Translations under genes and position numbers: made by a program
Assembly (NCBI GenBank): GCA_009784375.1
Contig: WRBV01000001.1
Span: 18,546 to 82,545, forward strand
Direction: 5' to 3'
Source of the DNA: Bacillota bacterium
Lineage (GTDB): Bacteria > Bacillota > Clostridia > Christensenellales > UBA1242
Length of the DNA stretch: 64,000 bases
Notes under the pieces: generated by a model
What the model saw: only the letters and a program-made list of their open reading frames with translations
The model's database searches: none
What the model was told of the DNA's origin: nothing
Shown: positions 20,033-28,919 of the stretch, one piece after another
Numbering within the stretch: the first letter of the stretch is position 1
Layout: every line of letters starts with the position of its first letter

Positions 20033-21241
20033 TTATTCCTCTGGTTTGTTTTGTTGCATAGCAGTACGAAGTCCAGCAAGCGCACGCATAACCTCGTCCT
20101 CGCTGTACGTTTCTTGCCCATTTGGTTGATGATTTTTTGTTACTTTTGCTTTTACCTGTTTTGTTTGTTTTTGCTCTTGATTTGTTGCTTGTTTGTTTTC
20201 AATTTGTTTTTTCACAGGCTCGTGTTCAATTACCGTAACACTATCGTAGTCCGAGCCGATTTGTCTTGTTGTACTTGCCGCAAATACTTTTGGCTCTTCT
20301 CCTGATTTTTGTTCAACGTGCAAGAACTTGGACTGCTCGCTCCCTGTTGTTGTTCCATCGTTAAATGTTGTTGTTTCCCTGCGATTTTCCGCCATAGTAC
20401 TTGTCATTGTTGATGATTTTTCAACAGATACTGTTGTAGTTACTTCGACACTTGGTGTTTGTGTTGTTTGAACCGCAATTGGTGCATTTTCCTTGACCAC
20501 GACCTCTTTTGGCTCGTTCTTGACTACCTTCTTTGGTTCTTGCTTTTTTGTTGCTTTTGGCTGTGCCGTTCTGATTGGTTTTTCTTTTACTGGCTTTTCT
20601 TGTTTCGGCTCTTCCATCGTTTCTGCCTTTGGTTCTTTTCTTTTGACTGGTTTTGCTGCTTTGTATTCTTGAAATGGAACTACTAACGGTCCTTCTTCTA
20701 TCACTTCTGCTTTTACTGGCTCTTGAGCTGATTCTGCTGTTTGTTCTTTTTTTGTTGTCTCTTGTGGTTTATCATTTTTGGCTGGAACAATCTTTGGTTC
20801 CTTGTCTTTATCTTTCTTTGACATAGTGTTATCTATGATGGGTTTGACAACACAGTCACTACAATCTTTAACACATCTGCAACGACATACAAGAGCAAAA
20901 AGAAAATTCAAAATAAGAATTATAAAAAGCACAGCAATTGGCAAGGTCAAATACGTAAGAAAAAGTGCAACTGTTGTAAACGCAAAAGCAAGGGCAATAA
21001 ATGCTATACCAAGAAATAATAATCCAAGAAATGCATTAATTTTTTGAAGAGTTCTTCGCGCATCTTTTGCTCTGCAACATCCGTGTTTTTGTTCAATAGC
21101 ACGAAACCAAATTGCAAATATAATCCATGATAAAAGTACAAGCCCAAGCAAAGCGATTGCAATAATTGCAAGAACAAATGTGCTGAATAACCCAGCAAAC
21201 CACGCTATCCCATCAAGAATTGAATAAAACATAACGACCAC
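20033..21241 (-). CDS. membrane protein with Cys-rich segment and K/E/P/T/Q-rich low-complexity tail
   Basis: About four N-terminal TM helices, then CRCRCVKDCSDC, then a long charged low-complexity region. Confidence 0.6.
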   Translation of the reverse strand: MVVMFYSILDGIAWFAGLFSTFVLAIIAIALLGLVLLSWIIFAIWFRAIEQKHGCCRAKDARRTLQKINAFLGLLFLGIAFIALAFAFTTVALFLTYLTLPIAVLFIILILNFLFALVCRCRCVKDCSDCVVKPIIDNTMSKKDKDKEPKIVPAKNDKPQETTKKEQTAESAQEPVKAEVIEEGPLVVPFQEYKAAKPVKRKEPKAETMEEPKQEKPVKEKPIRTAQPKATKKQEPKKVVKNEPKEVVVKENAPIAVQTTQTPSVEVTTTVSVEKSSTMTSTMAENRRETTTFNDGTTTGSEQSKFLHVEQKSGEEPKVFAASTTRQIGSDYDSVTVIEHEPVKKQIENKQATNQEQKQTKQVKAKVTKNHQPNGQETYSEDEVMRALAGLRTAMQQNKPEE

Positions 21242-21275
21242 TCCTTAAACAATATTGTGACCGTTTTTCTTAAAT

Positions 21276-23603
21276 TTATGGCAACAATGGTCTGAAAATA
21301 TTGTTTATTATTTGGTTTATTATATCACTTTCCATAGAATTGTCAAGGTCCCCTAGAATTTGAGCAAGGTCATCAAACACATCACTATCAATATATATAC
21401 TGATTGGACTTGTATAGCCACCTCCACCGTCTGGCATCATTGTTGCAATATAACGCAATGTTTCTCCAGTAGAGTCAAGAATTTCAATGATATCCATAAC
21501 ATCAAGATTGTCATTGTCAAGCGCATTGACGATTTCTGTCATTCCGTCACCAAGCATTCGAAGTGCCTCGAGAGAATATGCAAAGTTTTCTCGCGAAGAA
21601 TCAAGGTTAATAGAAATCGTATCACCAAGAATACCACCAAGAAGATTATCGCTGTTGACTATCTCTTCAATTTGACGCACAACAATAGGTCCGATAAGAT
21701 CATTGTCTTTCAAGATATCAAACAAGTCATCACCAAAGATAATGTCAAGAATATCGCCAAGGTTATTGCCATCAAAATTAAGAATTTCTTGCGCTATAAT
21801 AATAAGATCTTTCAATGCTACAAGTTGTGCCCGCCAATCTATGTCACCTGTTTCCAATCTATCTAAAATCTCATTTACAAGGTCTTCGATTTCATCCTCT
21901 ACACCAAGCTCGAAATCAAAGTCAATGTCGTTAATAAAATTACTTACAACCGCACGAACGATTGGGCTGAAGTTAATTTCCATAGTAAGGATGTTAAGAA
22001 CTTCACCGATGTTTATTAGAATACTGTCGTCAAGGTCGGCAATCAAATCAAGAATATCTTCATCCGAATTTATAATGTCGGCAATCTCGGTAAATACCGC
22101 TACACCGCTGTTAAACATTCGTGTTAAATCATACGCTGTGGTGTTCCATGTGAAAGGGAAATCAACGTCTGCTTCTTCAAGATCAAGGAACAGCATTAAC
22201 GGAACACGAACTATATCAAATGTGTCTGTACCTGTTTGCGTTGGGCTTGTTGTAAGAATTTGACTGAACACACCCATATTGAATACTTGTGAGAGTAACC
22301 TGTAGACTGCTGTTTCTTGCGTGTTACCACTAAGGAATACTGCAAGCTTTGAACTTGCTTCGTCCATATCACCATCGTCATTAAAACCATCAACCACAGA
22401 TCTAAGTGCCTCGAAAAGGTTGTAATAATTTCCATTAAACTCACGAGTCTGGGTAAACAATACTCGCAACACTTCCACAGTATTTACCAAGTCGTTTCTT
22501 ATAAAGTTCGCATTCATGTGACGGAATGATGCTATGATTGCGTCATTAAATCTTTCATTAAGTTCATCAATTCGCGCCTGTTCTGCAGCGTCTTGTGCAT
22601 CACCTTCGAAAATTTGGAAGTCTTCGAAGAAGTCAATCTCTTCAAGGAACCCAGCAACTCCTTCACCCGCATTAGCAAGAAGTCTTACAAATTCTATGTC
22701 AAACAATTTTCTTATTGTTGCACCTATTGCATTGTAATAGCTTTGCGGTAATTCTTTTAATACCTCAGCCGTGTCAAGTCTGTTGCCTTCCTCATCAAAG
22801 AAATTTTGCCATATTGCTACAAAGTCTGCTTGGACTTCGAAACCACGCATCACATCTTGACGAAGGTTTACATTCGGATTGTTACTTGTACGAATGGTTG
22901 TAAGATAACCAAACATAGGTCCACCAAGTGCCTGCATTCCTGTTATTCTTGAAATAACACCATATGCAGAACCTTGGATATCCGCATTCCAATCACGTAT
23001 AAATTCATTTACCGGAGCCATGAAGTTGATGTCTTCATCAAACATGCGGACTTCGGCTGTTGCAAATTCTGGAGTATAGTTGTCTATTCTGTTAAGTGTA
23101 TTGATAAATCCATTCACAGGAATAAACACAAAGAAGAAAATTACAAAACCCTGGACAACACCCACCACCATACCAAGCAATCGACCTTTCTTTGCATCTC
23201 TGTGTCGAACCTTGCCCGCAAAGATTGCATAAAAAATCCAAGAAATCCATTTTAATAGATAGAACAATACAATAAATACAAACAGAGCAATAATTGCTAT
23301 TGGTATCCCATAAAACACACTAGTAAGACCCGAGAAATTATTAACAGCAGCACCAACATTCCCCTGGTCCATAAGATGCTCGTCAAACTGGTTTTCGGCT
23401 ATTGTTGTAAATGCCCTTGCAATCAATGGCGCAGTAAAGAATGCAATCAATGATGCACCAAACAAAATTCCAAGCCTAAACAACGAACGCTTGAACCCAC
23501 GAACAAGTCCGAATACAAGCCCCATAACTATGGTAAAAATAAACAATCCAAGCAATCCAAACGAAACCCCATTCAGAATACCACTCGCCTCAACTCCTTC
23601 CAT
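21276..23603 (-). CDS. 775-aa CvpA-like multi-pass membrane protein with very acidic ~600-aa extension
   Basis: N-terminus GLVRGFKRSLFRLGILFGASLIAFF plus further TM helices resembles CvpA. The remainder is D/E/N/I/L-rich. Confidence 0.6.
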   Translation of the reverse strand: MEGVEASGILNGVSFGLLGLFIFTIVMGLVFGLVRGFKRSLFRLGILFGASLIAFFTAPLIARAFTTIAENQFDEHLMDQGNVGAAVNNFSGLTSVFYGIPIAIIALFVFIVLFYLLKWISWIFYAIFAGKVRHRDAKKGRLLGMVVGVVQGFVIFFFVFIPVNGFINTLNRIDNYTPEFATAEVRMFDEDINFMAPVNEFIRDWNADIQGSAYGVISRITGMQALGGPMFGYLTTIRTSNNPNVNLRQDVMRGFEVQADFVAIWQNFFDEEGNRLDTAEVLKELPQSYYNAIGATIRKLFDIEFVRLLANAGEGVAGFLEEIDFFEDFQIFEGDAQDAAEQARIDELNERFNDAIIASFRHMNANFIRNDLVNTVEVLRVLFTQTREFNGNYYNLFEALRSVVDGFNDDGDMDEASSKLAVFLSGNTQETAVYRLLSQVFNMGVFSQILTTSPTQTGTDTFDIVRVPLMLFLDLEEADVDFPFTWNTTAYDLTRMFNSGVAVFTEIADIINSDEDILDLIADLDDSILINIGEVLNILTMEINFSPIVRAVVSNFINDIDFDFELGVEDEIEDLVNEILDRLETGDIDWRAQLVALKDLIIIAQEILNFDGNNLGDILDIIFGDDLFDILKDNDLIGPIVVRQIEEIVNSDNLLGGILGDTISINLDSSRENFAYSLEALRMLGDGMTEIVNALDNDNLDVMDIIEILDSTGETLRYIATMMPDGGGGYTSPISIYIDSDVFDDLAQILGDLDNSMESDIINQIINNIFRPLLP

Positions 23604-23662
23604 ACTACCCCCTTATTCTCTTTTTATTTTGTGTAATTTCTCTTTTATATATGTTATTTGGT

Positions 23663-24433
23663 TTATTTTGGTTGCCGTGAAAGAAATTCTTTTGCAAGTG
23701 CCTCGTATGCAAGTGCCCCAGGACATTTTCTATCATATAACGTTATTGGCATCCCATGACTTGGAGCCTCGGCAAGCCTTACATTTCTTGGTATTTTTGT
23801 TTTGAAAACCTTTTTACCAAAGAATTTTAATATTTCATTTGCAACTTGGTCTGTTAGCGAACTTCGTTTATCATACATAGTAAGTAATACACCATCAATA
23901 TCTAAACTTGGGTTAAGCCCTTGGCTGCGAATAAGGCGTACTGTGTTTATAAGTTGACTTACACCTTCAAGAGCAAAGAACTCACATTGAATAGGAATTA
24001 TAAGCGCATCAGCGGACGTAAAAGCATTTAACGTAAGTAACCCAAGCGATGGTGGACAATCAATACATATATAGTCATAGCTTGAACGGATTTGATTCAG
24101 ATATTTTTTCAATATGCGTTCGCGCCCACTCATTCTAACAAGCTCTACCTCTGCACCTGCGAGATCTACTGTTGCTGGAATAATTTCAAGGTTTTTTATT
24201 TGTGATAATTGAACAGCCTCACTTATGTCGCATTGTTCACACAGAACATCATAAATCGTTTTTGTGCCTTTGGTCTTTTCAATGCCTATACCACTTGTCG
24301 CATTACCTTGTGGGTCAACATCTATTATAAGAACCTTCTTTCCCATCTCTACAAGAAACGCGGACAGGTTAACACAAGTGGTTGTCTTGCCCACTCCACC
24401 TTTTTGATTTGTGAACGCAATTATCTTTGACAT
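23663..24433 (-). CDS. parA: chromosome partitioning ATPase ParA/Soj
   Basis: MSKIIAFTNQKGGVGKTTT deviant Walker A, VLIIDVDPQGN, DYICIDCPPS. The track ORF starts 18 nt upstream. Confidence 0.9.
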   Translation of the reverse strand: MSKIIAFTNQKGGVGKTTTCVNLSAFLVEMGKKVLIIDVDPQGNATSGIGIEKTKGTKTIYDVLCEQCDISEAVQLSQIKNLEIIPATVDLAGAEVELVRMSGRERILKKYLNQIRSSYDYICIDCPPSLGLLTLNAFTSADALIIPIQCEFFALEGVSQLINTVRLIRSQGLNPSLDIDGVLLTMYDKRSSLTDQVANEILKFFGKKVFKTKIPRNVRLAEAPSHGMPITLYDRKCPGALAYEALAKEFLSRQPK

Positions 24434-24545
24434 TATTTTTAATAATACCACAGCCTTTGCAAAAATGAAAGTGTTTTACTTTATACTCTTGGTCGCACCA
24501 CCTAACTAATATATCTATATTTATTATAGATAATAACCCTACAAT

Positions 24546-24561
24546 TGTTCCACGTGGAACA
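24546..24561. promoter_or_regulatory. parS centromere-like site 1
   Basis: Perfect 16-bp palindrome TGTTCCACGTGGAACA in the parA-parB intergenic region. Matches the Bacillota parS consensus tGTTnCACGTGaAACa. Confidence 0.85.
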
Positions 24562-24633
24562 ATTTCGAAAAACTTCATTTGACAAAACTAAAAAGTATTG
24601 GTATTTATAGAATAGAATCAAGGAGGATATAGC

Positions 24634-25608
24634 ATGAGTCAAAAAGGACTAGGAAAAGGCTTGGGTGCATTGATTGCAATGTTTGACGAGGAGAACGAAA
24701 ATTTAAAAAAGGAGACAAAGACAATCGAAACAAAAGAGATTGATTTTTTCTCTGAGCTCCCTTCACCCAAAAAGAAGGAACCCATAACAAAAACAACCTT
24801 GGCAAAAAAAGAAGACAACACTACCCCGCCAACTTCTGGCGTCCTTGAGATAGATATCAACTTAATTGACAACAACGTAAACCAACCCAGAAAGACTTTT
24901 GACCCGACTGGGCTTCAAGAGCTCGCCGACAGCATCGCATCGTCAGGAGTCTTCCAACCCATCCTTCTTAACAAAGTCGGTGGAAGATATATGATTGTGG
25001 CTGGTGAGCGAAGATGGCGCGCATCTAAACTCGCAGGGCTAAACAAAATTCCCGCACTTATTCGCGACTACAGCCCGCGCCAAGTTGCCGAAATTGCAAT
25101 TGTAGAAAACTTGCAGCGTGAAGACCTAAACGAGATTGAACTTGCCAAAGGAATAAAAAAACTTATGGATGACTTCTTTCTTACTCAAGAAAAGGTCGCA
25201 ACAGTTCTTGGAAAAAACAGAAGCTCTATTGCAAACACATTACGACTACTCAACTTGCCAAGCGAGGTTCAACACCTTGTCGAAACTAACCAACTAAGCG
25301 CAGGACACGCTAAATGCCTTGTAGCGGTATCCAACGTTGAGAAATGCATAAGACTGGCTCATCAATGCGTAACACAACAATTGAGTGTTCGCGAACTTGA
25401 AAACATAATCAAAGGCCCGCAAATCGCATCTACAAGCAGCTCACAATCAAAGCCTCAAAGCATTGAACTTCGCCACCTTGCAAGAGAATTGACACTCAAA
25501 CTAGGCACAAAAGTTGTTATCCAAGGAAACGAAAGCCAAGGCAAGATATTAATCGAATATTATGATAAAAAAGATCTAATACGATTAAGCACAACACTAA
25601 AGGACTAA
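24634..25608 (+). CDS. parB: chromosome partitioning protein ParB/Spo0J
   Basis: NQPRKTFD, IVAGERRWRASKLAGL, ENLQREDLN, and HTH region TQEKVATVLGKNRSSIANTLRLL. Confidence 0.9.
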   Translation: MSQKGLGKGLGALIAMFDEENENLKKETKTIETKEIDFFSELPSPKKKEPITKTTLAKKEDNTTPPTSGVLEIDINLIDNNVNQPRKTFDPTGLQELADSIASSGVFQPILLNKVGGRYMIVAGERRWRASKLAGLNKIPALIRDYSPRQVAEIAIVENLQREDLNEIELAKGIKKLMDDFFLTQEKVATVLGKNRSSIANTLRLLNLPSEVQHLVETNQLSAGHAKCLVAVSNVEKCIRLAHQCVTQQLSVRELENIIKGPQIASTSSSQSKPQSIELRHLARELTLKLGTKVVIQGNESQGKILIEYYDKKDLIRLSTTLKD

Positions 25609-25620
25609 GCCAAACAAAAA

Positions 25621-25636
25621 TGTTCCACGTGGAACA
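25621..25636. promoter_or_regulatory. parS centromere-like site 2 (also a terminator-like hairpin after parB)
   Basis: TGTTCCACGTGGAACA flanked by AAAAA and TTTTTTT, 13 nt after the parB stop. Confidence 0.85.
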
Positions 25637-25705
25637 TTTTTTTATTTTTCAGTATCCAAAGTTTTATAATTTGACAAAGTCGAGAATAATTGGTATAGAT
25701 TATAT

Positions 25706-26281
25706 ATGCTCGTCGATATCATTGCCATCACACTAATAATTATATTTTGCATTGTCGGCGTACGTGTAGGCTTTTTACGTGGACTGTTATCATTTGTGAC
25801 CATATTTATTTCAATACTTGTCTCTATCTTTCTCGCAAGACCAGTAGCCAGCTTACTCGACAATTGGTTTGGACTTGCAGACACATTCAGCGGATGGTTC
25901 ACAGGCGAGGGTACAATCGACACAATGGCTCGCAATAACGGCTTTATGCTTGTAGTCATCTTCGTAGCAATTTTTCTTTTCATATCAATTCGTCTCACAC
26001 TTTGGCTATTACGGAAAAAAATTAAAAAACTCAAAGAGCGATTACCCGAGTTTAATAGGGTTGACCAGATCCTCGGATTCTTTCTCGGACTTGTGCGATT
26101 CATATTATACGCTGCAGTCATCTCTACATTTCTTGCATTCGCCGAATCCATATCCTTTCTCGAAAGAATACCAAATTGGCTTTTCGAAGACAGTACGATC
26201 GCATACTGGATCTACCAAAGATGCCTGGATCTTGTCGGACCATTAATGCGAAGCCTTAACGCCGGAAATATCTTTAACTAA
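25706..26281 (+). CDS. cvpA: CvpA-family membrane protein
   Basis: MLVDIIAITLIIIFCIVGVRVGFLRGLL plus four TM segments; size is typical of CvpA. Confidence 0.7.
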   Translation: MLVDIIAITLIIIFCIVGVRVGFLRGLLSFVTIFISILVSIFLARPVASLLDNWFGLADTFSGWFTGEGTIDTMARNNGFMLVVIFVAIFLFISIRLTLWLLRKKIKKLKERLPEFNRVDQILGFFLGLVRFILYAAVISTFLAFAESISFLERIPNWLFEDSTIAYWIYQRCLDLVGPLMRSLNAGNIFN

Positions 26282-26306
26282 AAAAGGGCAGAGCGCCCTT
26301 TTTTTA
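26282..26306 (+). terminator. intrinsic terminator after cvpA
   Basis: AGGGC / GCCCT stem followed by a T7 run. Confidence 0.6.
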
Positions 26307-26310
26307 AAAT

Positions 26311-26326
26311 TGTTCCACGTGGAACA
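26311..26326. promoter_or_regulatory. parS centromere-like site 3
   Basis: Third exact copy of TGTTCCACGTGGAACA, between the convergent cvpA and recF genes. Confidence 0.85.
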
Positions 26327-26328
26327 AT

Positions 26329-27396
26329 TTACACGATTTTACCGTCTTTAATATAGTATTTTTCTATATTAACTAGTTCAATGTCATTTGCCGTTGTAAT
26401 TATTGACTGGCATCGTCTAATGGCTTTAAACAGTCGCTCTTGCCTTTGTGGGTCGAGTTCGGATAAAACATCATCTAATAATAATACTGGCATTTCGCCT
26501 GTTTCCTCCTTGAAAATAACAAGCTCTGCCAATTTAATTGATAGTGCCACCGTACGCTGCTGTCCTTGGCTTCCAAATGTACGCACATCTTTGCCGTTTA
26601 TTAAAATACATATATCGTCCCTATGTGGACCAACAGTTGTAGTTCGAAGTCGCATATCGCGCCCCCTTGCCTCATGTAGAGCCGCCAAAAGGGCAGTCTC
26701 GACATTTTTACCGCCAACGCATCCTTCATACTCAAGCCCTATTTGTTCGACCGAACTAGTTAAAAAGTTATGAACCTTCTCAACCTCGGATCGCAGACGA
26801 CCAAGAAATAATATTCTTTTATTTATAATAATTGTACCTTGTTTAGCCAGTTCCAAGTCCCATATATCCAACTCGGCATCCAAGCTTCCACTAGCCGATT
26901 TTAACAAGGCATTTCGCTGGGCGAGTATTTTGTTATACCGTACAAGCGCATAGAAATAATTTTTATCAATCTGAGACAGATCTATATCTAAAAACCGCCT
27001 ACGGTCTTTCGGAGCCTCTTTTACTAACTTTAATTCGTCAGGGCTAAAGAATACACAGTTTATTTGTCCCATCAATTCGCCCATTTTTTGAATGGGAATT
27101 CCATTTATTTTGATTGATTTTTTTTCACTCTTTGATAACTTTATCTCGACATCGACATCACCATATGATTTTTCTGCAGTTGTTTTAACACGTGCAAAAT
27201 CTTGGTCAAAGTTTATCATATCCTTATCGCGATTAGTGCGCCAACCCCGTCCGACACATGTTAAATAAATACTTTCAAGTAAATTGGTTTTGCCTTGTGC
27301 ATTATTGCCAATAAAAACATTGACCCCATCTCCAAGAGTCACGGTTGTATCAATATGATTTCGAAAATTGGTCAAAGCAACCGACTTGATTTTCAT
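26329..27396 (-). CDS. recF: DNA replication and repair protein RecF
   Basis: MKIKSVALTNFRNH, Walker A GNNAQGKTNLLE, signature SQGQQRT, LLLDDV. The track start at 27414 is also possible. Confidence 0.9.
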   Translation of the reverse strand: MKIKSVALTNFRNHIDTTVTLGDGVNVFIGNNAQGKTNLLESIYLTCVGRGWRTNRDKDMINFDQDFARVKTTAEKSYGDVDVEIKLSKSEKKSIKINGIPIQKMGELMGQINCVFFSPDELKLVKEAPKDRRRFLDIDLSQIDKNYFYALVRYNKILAQRNALLKSASGSLDAELDIWDLELAKQGTIIINKRILFLGRLRSEVEKVHNFLTSSVEQIGLEYEGCVGGKNVETALLAALHEARGRDMRLRTTTVGPHRDDICILINGKDVRTFGSQGQQRTVALSIKLAELVIFKEETGEMPVLLLDDVLSELDPQRQERLFKAIRRCQSIITTANDIELVNIEKYYIKDGKIV

Positions 27397-27442
27397 TTCA
27401 AATGATTCTAGCATGATTAACTATCGGTGTCGAGAGAATAGG

Positions 27443-28795
27443 CTAGTTGTTCAAAATCATCTTGGTCATGTCTTCTATTATTCGCTTCATCCGCGCGTCT
27501 GTCTTTTTTAAACTCGCAATTTTGTTTCGTGCATGCATTACGGTTGTATGATCACGACCACCAAGCAACTTTCCAATGTTTACAAGCGGCAAATGCAAGA
27601 ACTCGCTAATCAAATAAATGGCAACCATGCGCGGCTCAACAAATTCACGATTACGTTTTTTACCAACTATATCGTCTTTTGCTATATTAAAATATTTTGA
27701 AACACTTTCTATGATTGAAGTTGCCGTGGTCTGGGCTTGCTTGTCCTCGACCGATTCTTGCAATGCTTCACGACAATCTTCAACAGTAGGGTGGTCTCGA
27801 CCTTTCAAGTCGCTGTAAAATAATACCTTGAAAAGCATTGCCTCCATATCGCGAACATTCATTGTCTTATCGAACGCATAGCTTGCAACATATTCAACAA
27901 CTTCGTTTTCAAGCTTTCTATTCTCAAGTTTTGCCTTTTTTTGCAAAATCGCCATACGCATTTCAACGTCGGGAACGGTAATATCTTGGATTAGCCCCGA
28001 TTTAAAACGACTTCGCATACGTTCTTCTAATGTTTCGAATTTATCGGCATGTCGGTCACTTACCAATACGATTTGTTTACCATTTTGGTATAAGTCATTA
28101 AAAGTATGGAAAAACTCTTCCTGTGTACCCGTTTTGTTTTCTATTATATGTACATCATCAATTAAAAGGATATCCACATTGCGATATGATTCGCGAAAAG
28201 CTGATATGGTCTTGTTCTTTATAGAATCAACATAATCATTCAAAAAATTCTCACAGGTCGAAAATGCAATACGCAAATGTGGATGATTTTCAGAAACATA
28301 GTTCGCAATAGAATGAAGAAGATGAGTTTTACCAAGCCCAGAACATCCATATATAAACAAGGGATTAACTTTTTTTCCTGGATTCTTTGCAACCGCTTCG
28401 GCGGCAGCAGCAACGAATTCATTACTTTTCCCAACAATAAATGTGTCAAAAGTCTTCAAAGGATTAATTGGTATAAATCGGTTAACATGTTTTTCACGAA
28501 CAGGCGCAATAATTTCACCCTTTTTTGTCGCCTCACGCGCTTCTTTTTCTATCGCATCGATAATTGTTACACGCTCGACTATTGGAGCCGCTTCTTTTAA
28601 TTCAAATTCGATATGCTCGAAATGCCGTTCGTTCATGGCTTGCTCTTTCGCCGCTTTTGAATGTGCCGCCAAAACAAACTCACCATTCGAAAAATCTTCG
28701 ACCTCCAAAGTTTTTATCCATAAATCAAAACTTATGGCACTTACCTTGTCTTGAATTTTTTTCTGTGCATCTTCCCAAATTTTCTTGTTATCCAT
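27443..28795 (-). CDS. dnaA: chromosomal replication initiator DnaA
   Basis: NPLFIYGCSGLGKTHL, LLIDDVH, and C-terminal GGRDHTTVMHA DNA-binding helix. Confidence 0.95.
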   Translation of the reverse strand: MDNKKIWEDAQKKIQDKVSAISFDLWIKTLEVEDFSNGEFVLAAHSKAAKEQAMNERHFEHIEFELKEAAPIVERVTIIDAIEKEAREATKKGEIIAPVREKHVNRFIPINPLKTFDTFIVGKSNEFVAAAAEAVAKNPGKKVNPLFIYGCSGLGKTHLLHSIANYVSENHPHLRIAFSTCENFLNDYVDSIKNKTISAFRESYRNVDILLIDDVHIIENKTGTQEEFFHTFNDLYQNGKQIVLVSDRHADKFETLEERMRSRFKSGLIQDITVPDVEMRMAILQKKAKLENRKLENEVVEYVASYAFDKTMNVRDMEAMLFKVLFYSDLKGRDHPTVEDCREALQESVEDKQAQTTATSIIESVSKYFNIAKDDIVGKKRNREFVEPRMVAIYLISEFLHLPLVNIGKLLGGRDHTTVMHARNKIASLKKTDARMKRIIEDMTKMILNN

Positions 28796-28847
28796 TGTGG
28801 ATAACTTATCACAGAAATTTTTCCCTGTAAAGACCTTATGTGGATAA
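28788..28847. promoter_or_regulatory. DnaA-box cluster in the dnaA-dnaN divergent intergenic region
   Basis: Exact TGTGGATAA (reverse complement of TTATCCACA) at 28796-28804 and 28839-28847. Degenerate TTATCCATT at 28788-28796 forms a head-to-head pair over the dnaA start codon. TTATCACAG at 28806-28814. Confidence 0.8.
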
Positions 28848-28919
28848 CTTTTTCATTTGCCTACATCCTTCATCTTTGGTATCCTATATACTAGTAACGA
28901 AACTATAGGAGAAATAAAA

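Noticed and set aside
24452-24633. The AT-rich parA-parB intergenic region as a candidate oriC/DUE
   Set aside because: It contains a parS site, but I found no TTATCCACA-type DnaA box. The only exact boxes in the window are at 28796-28847.
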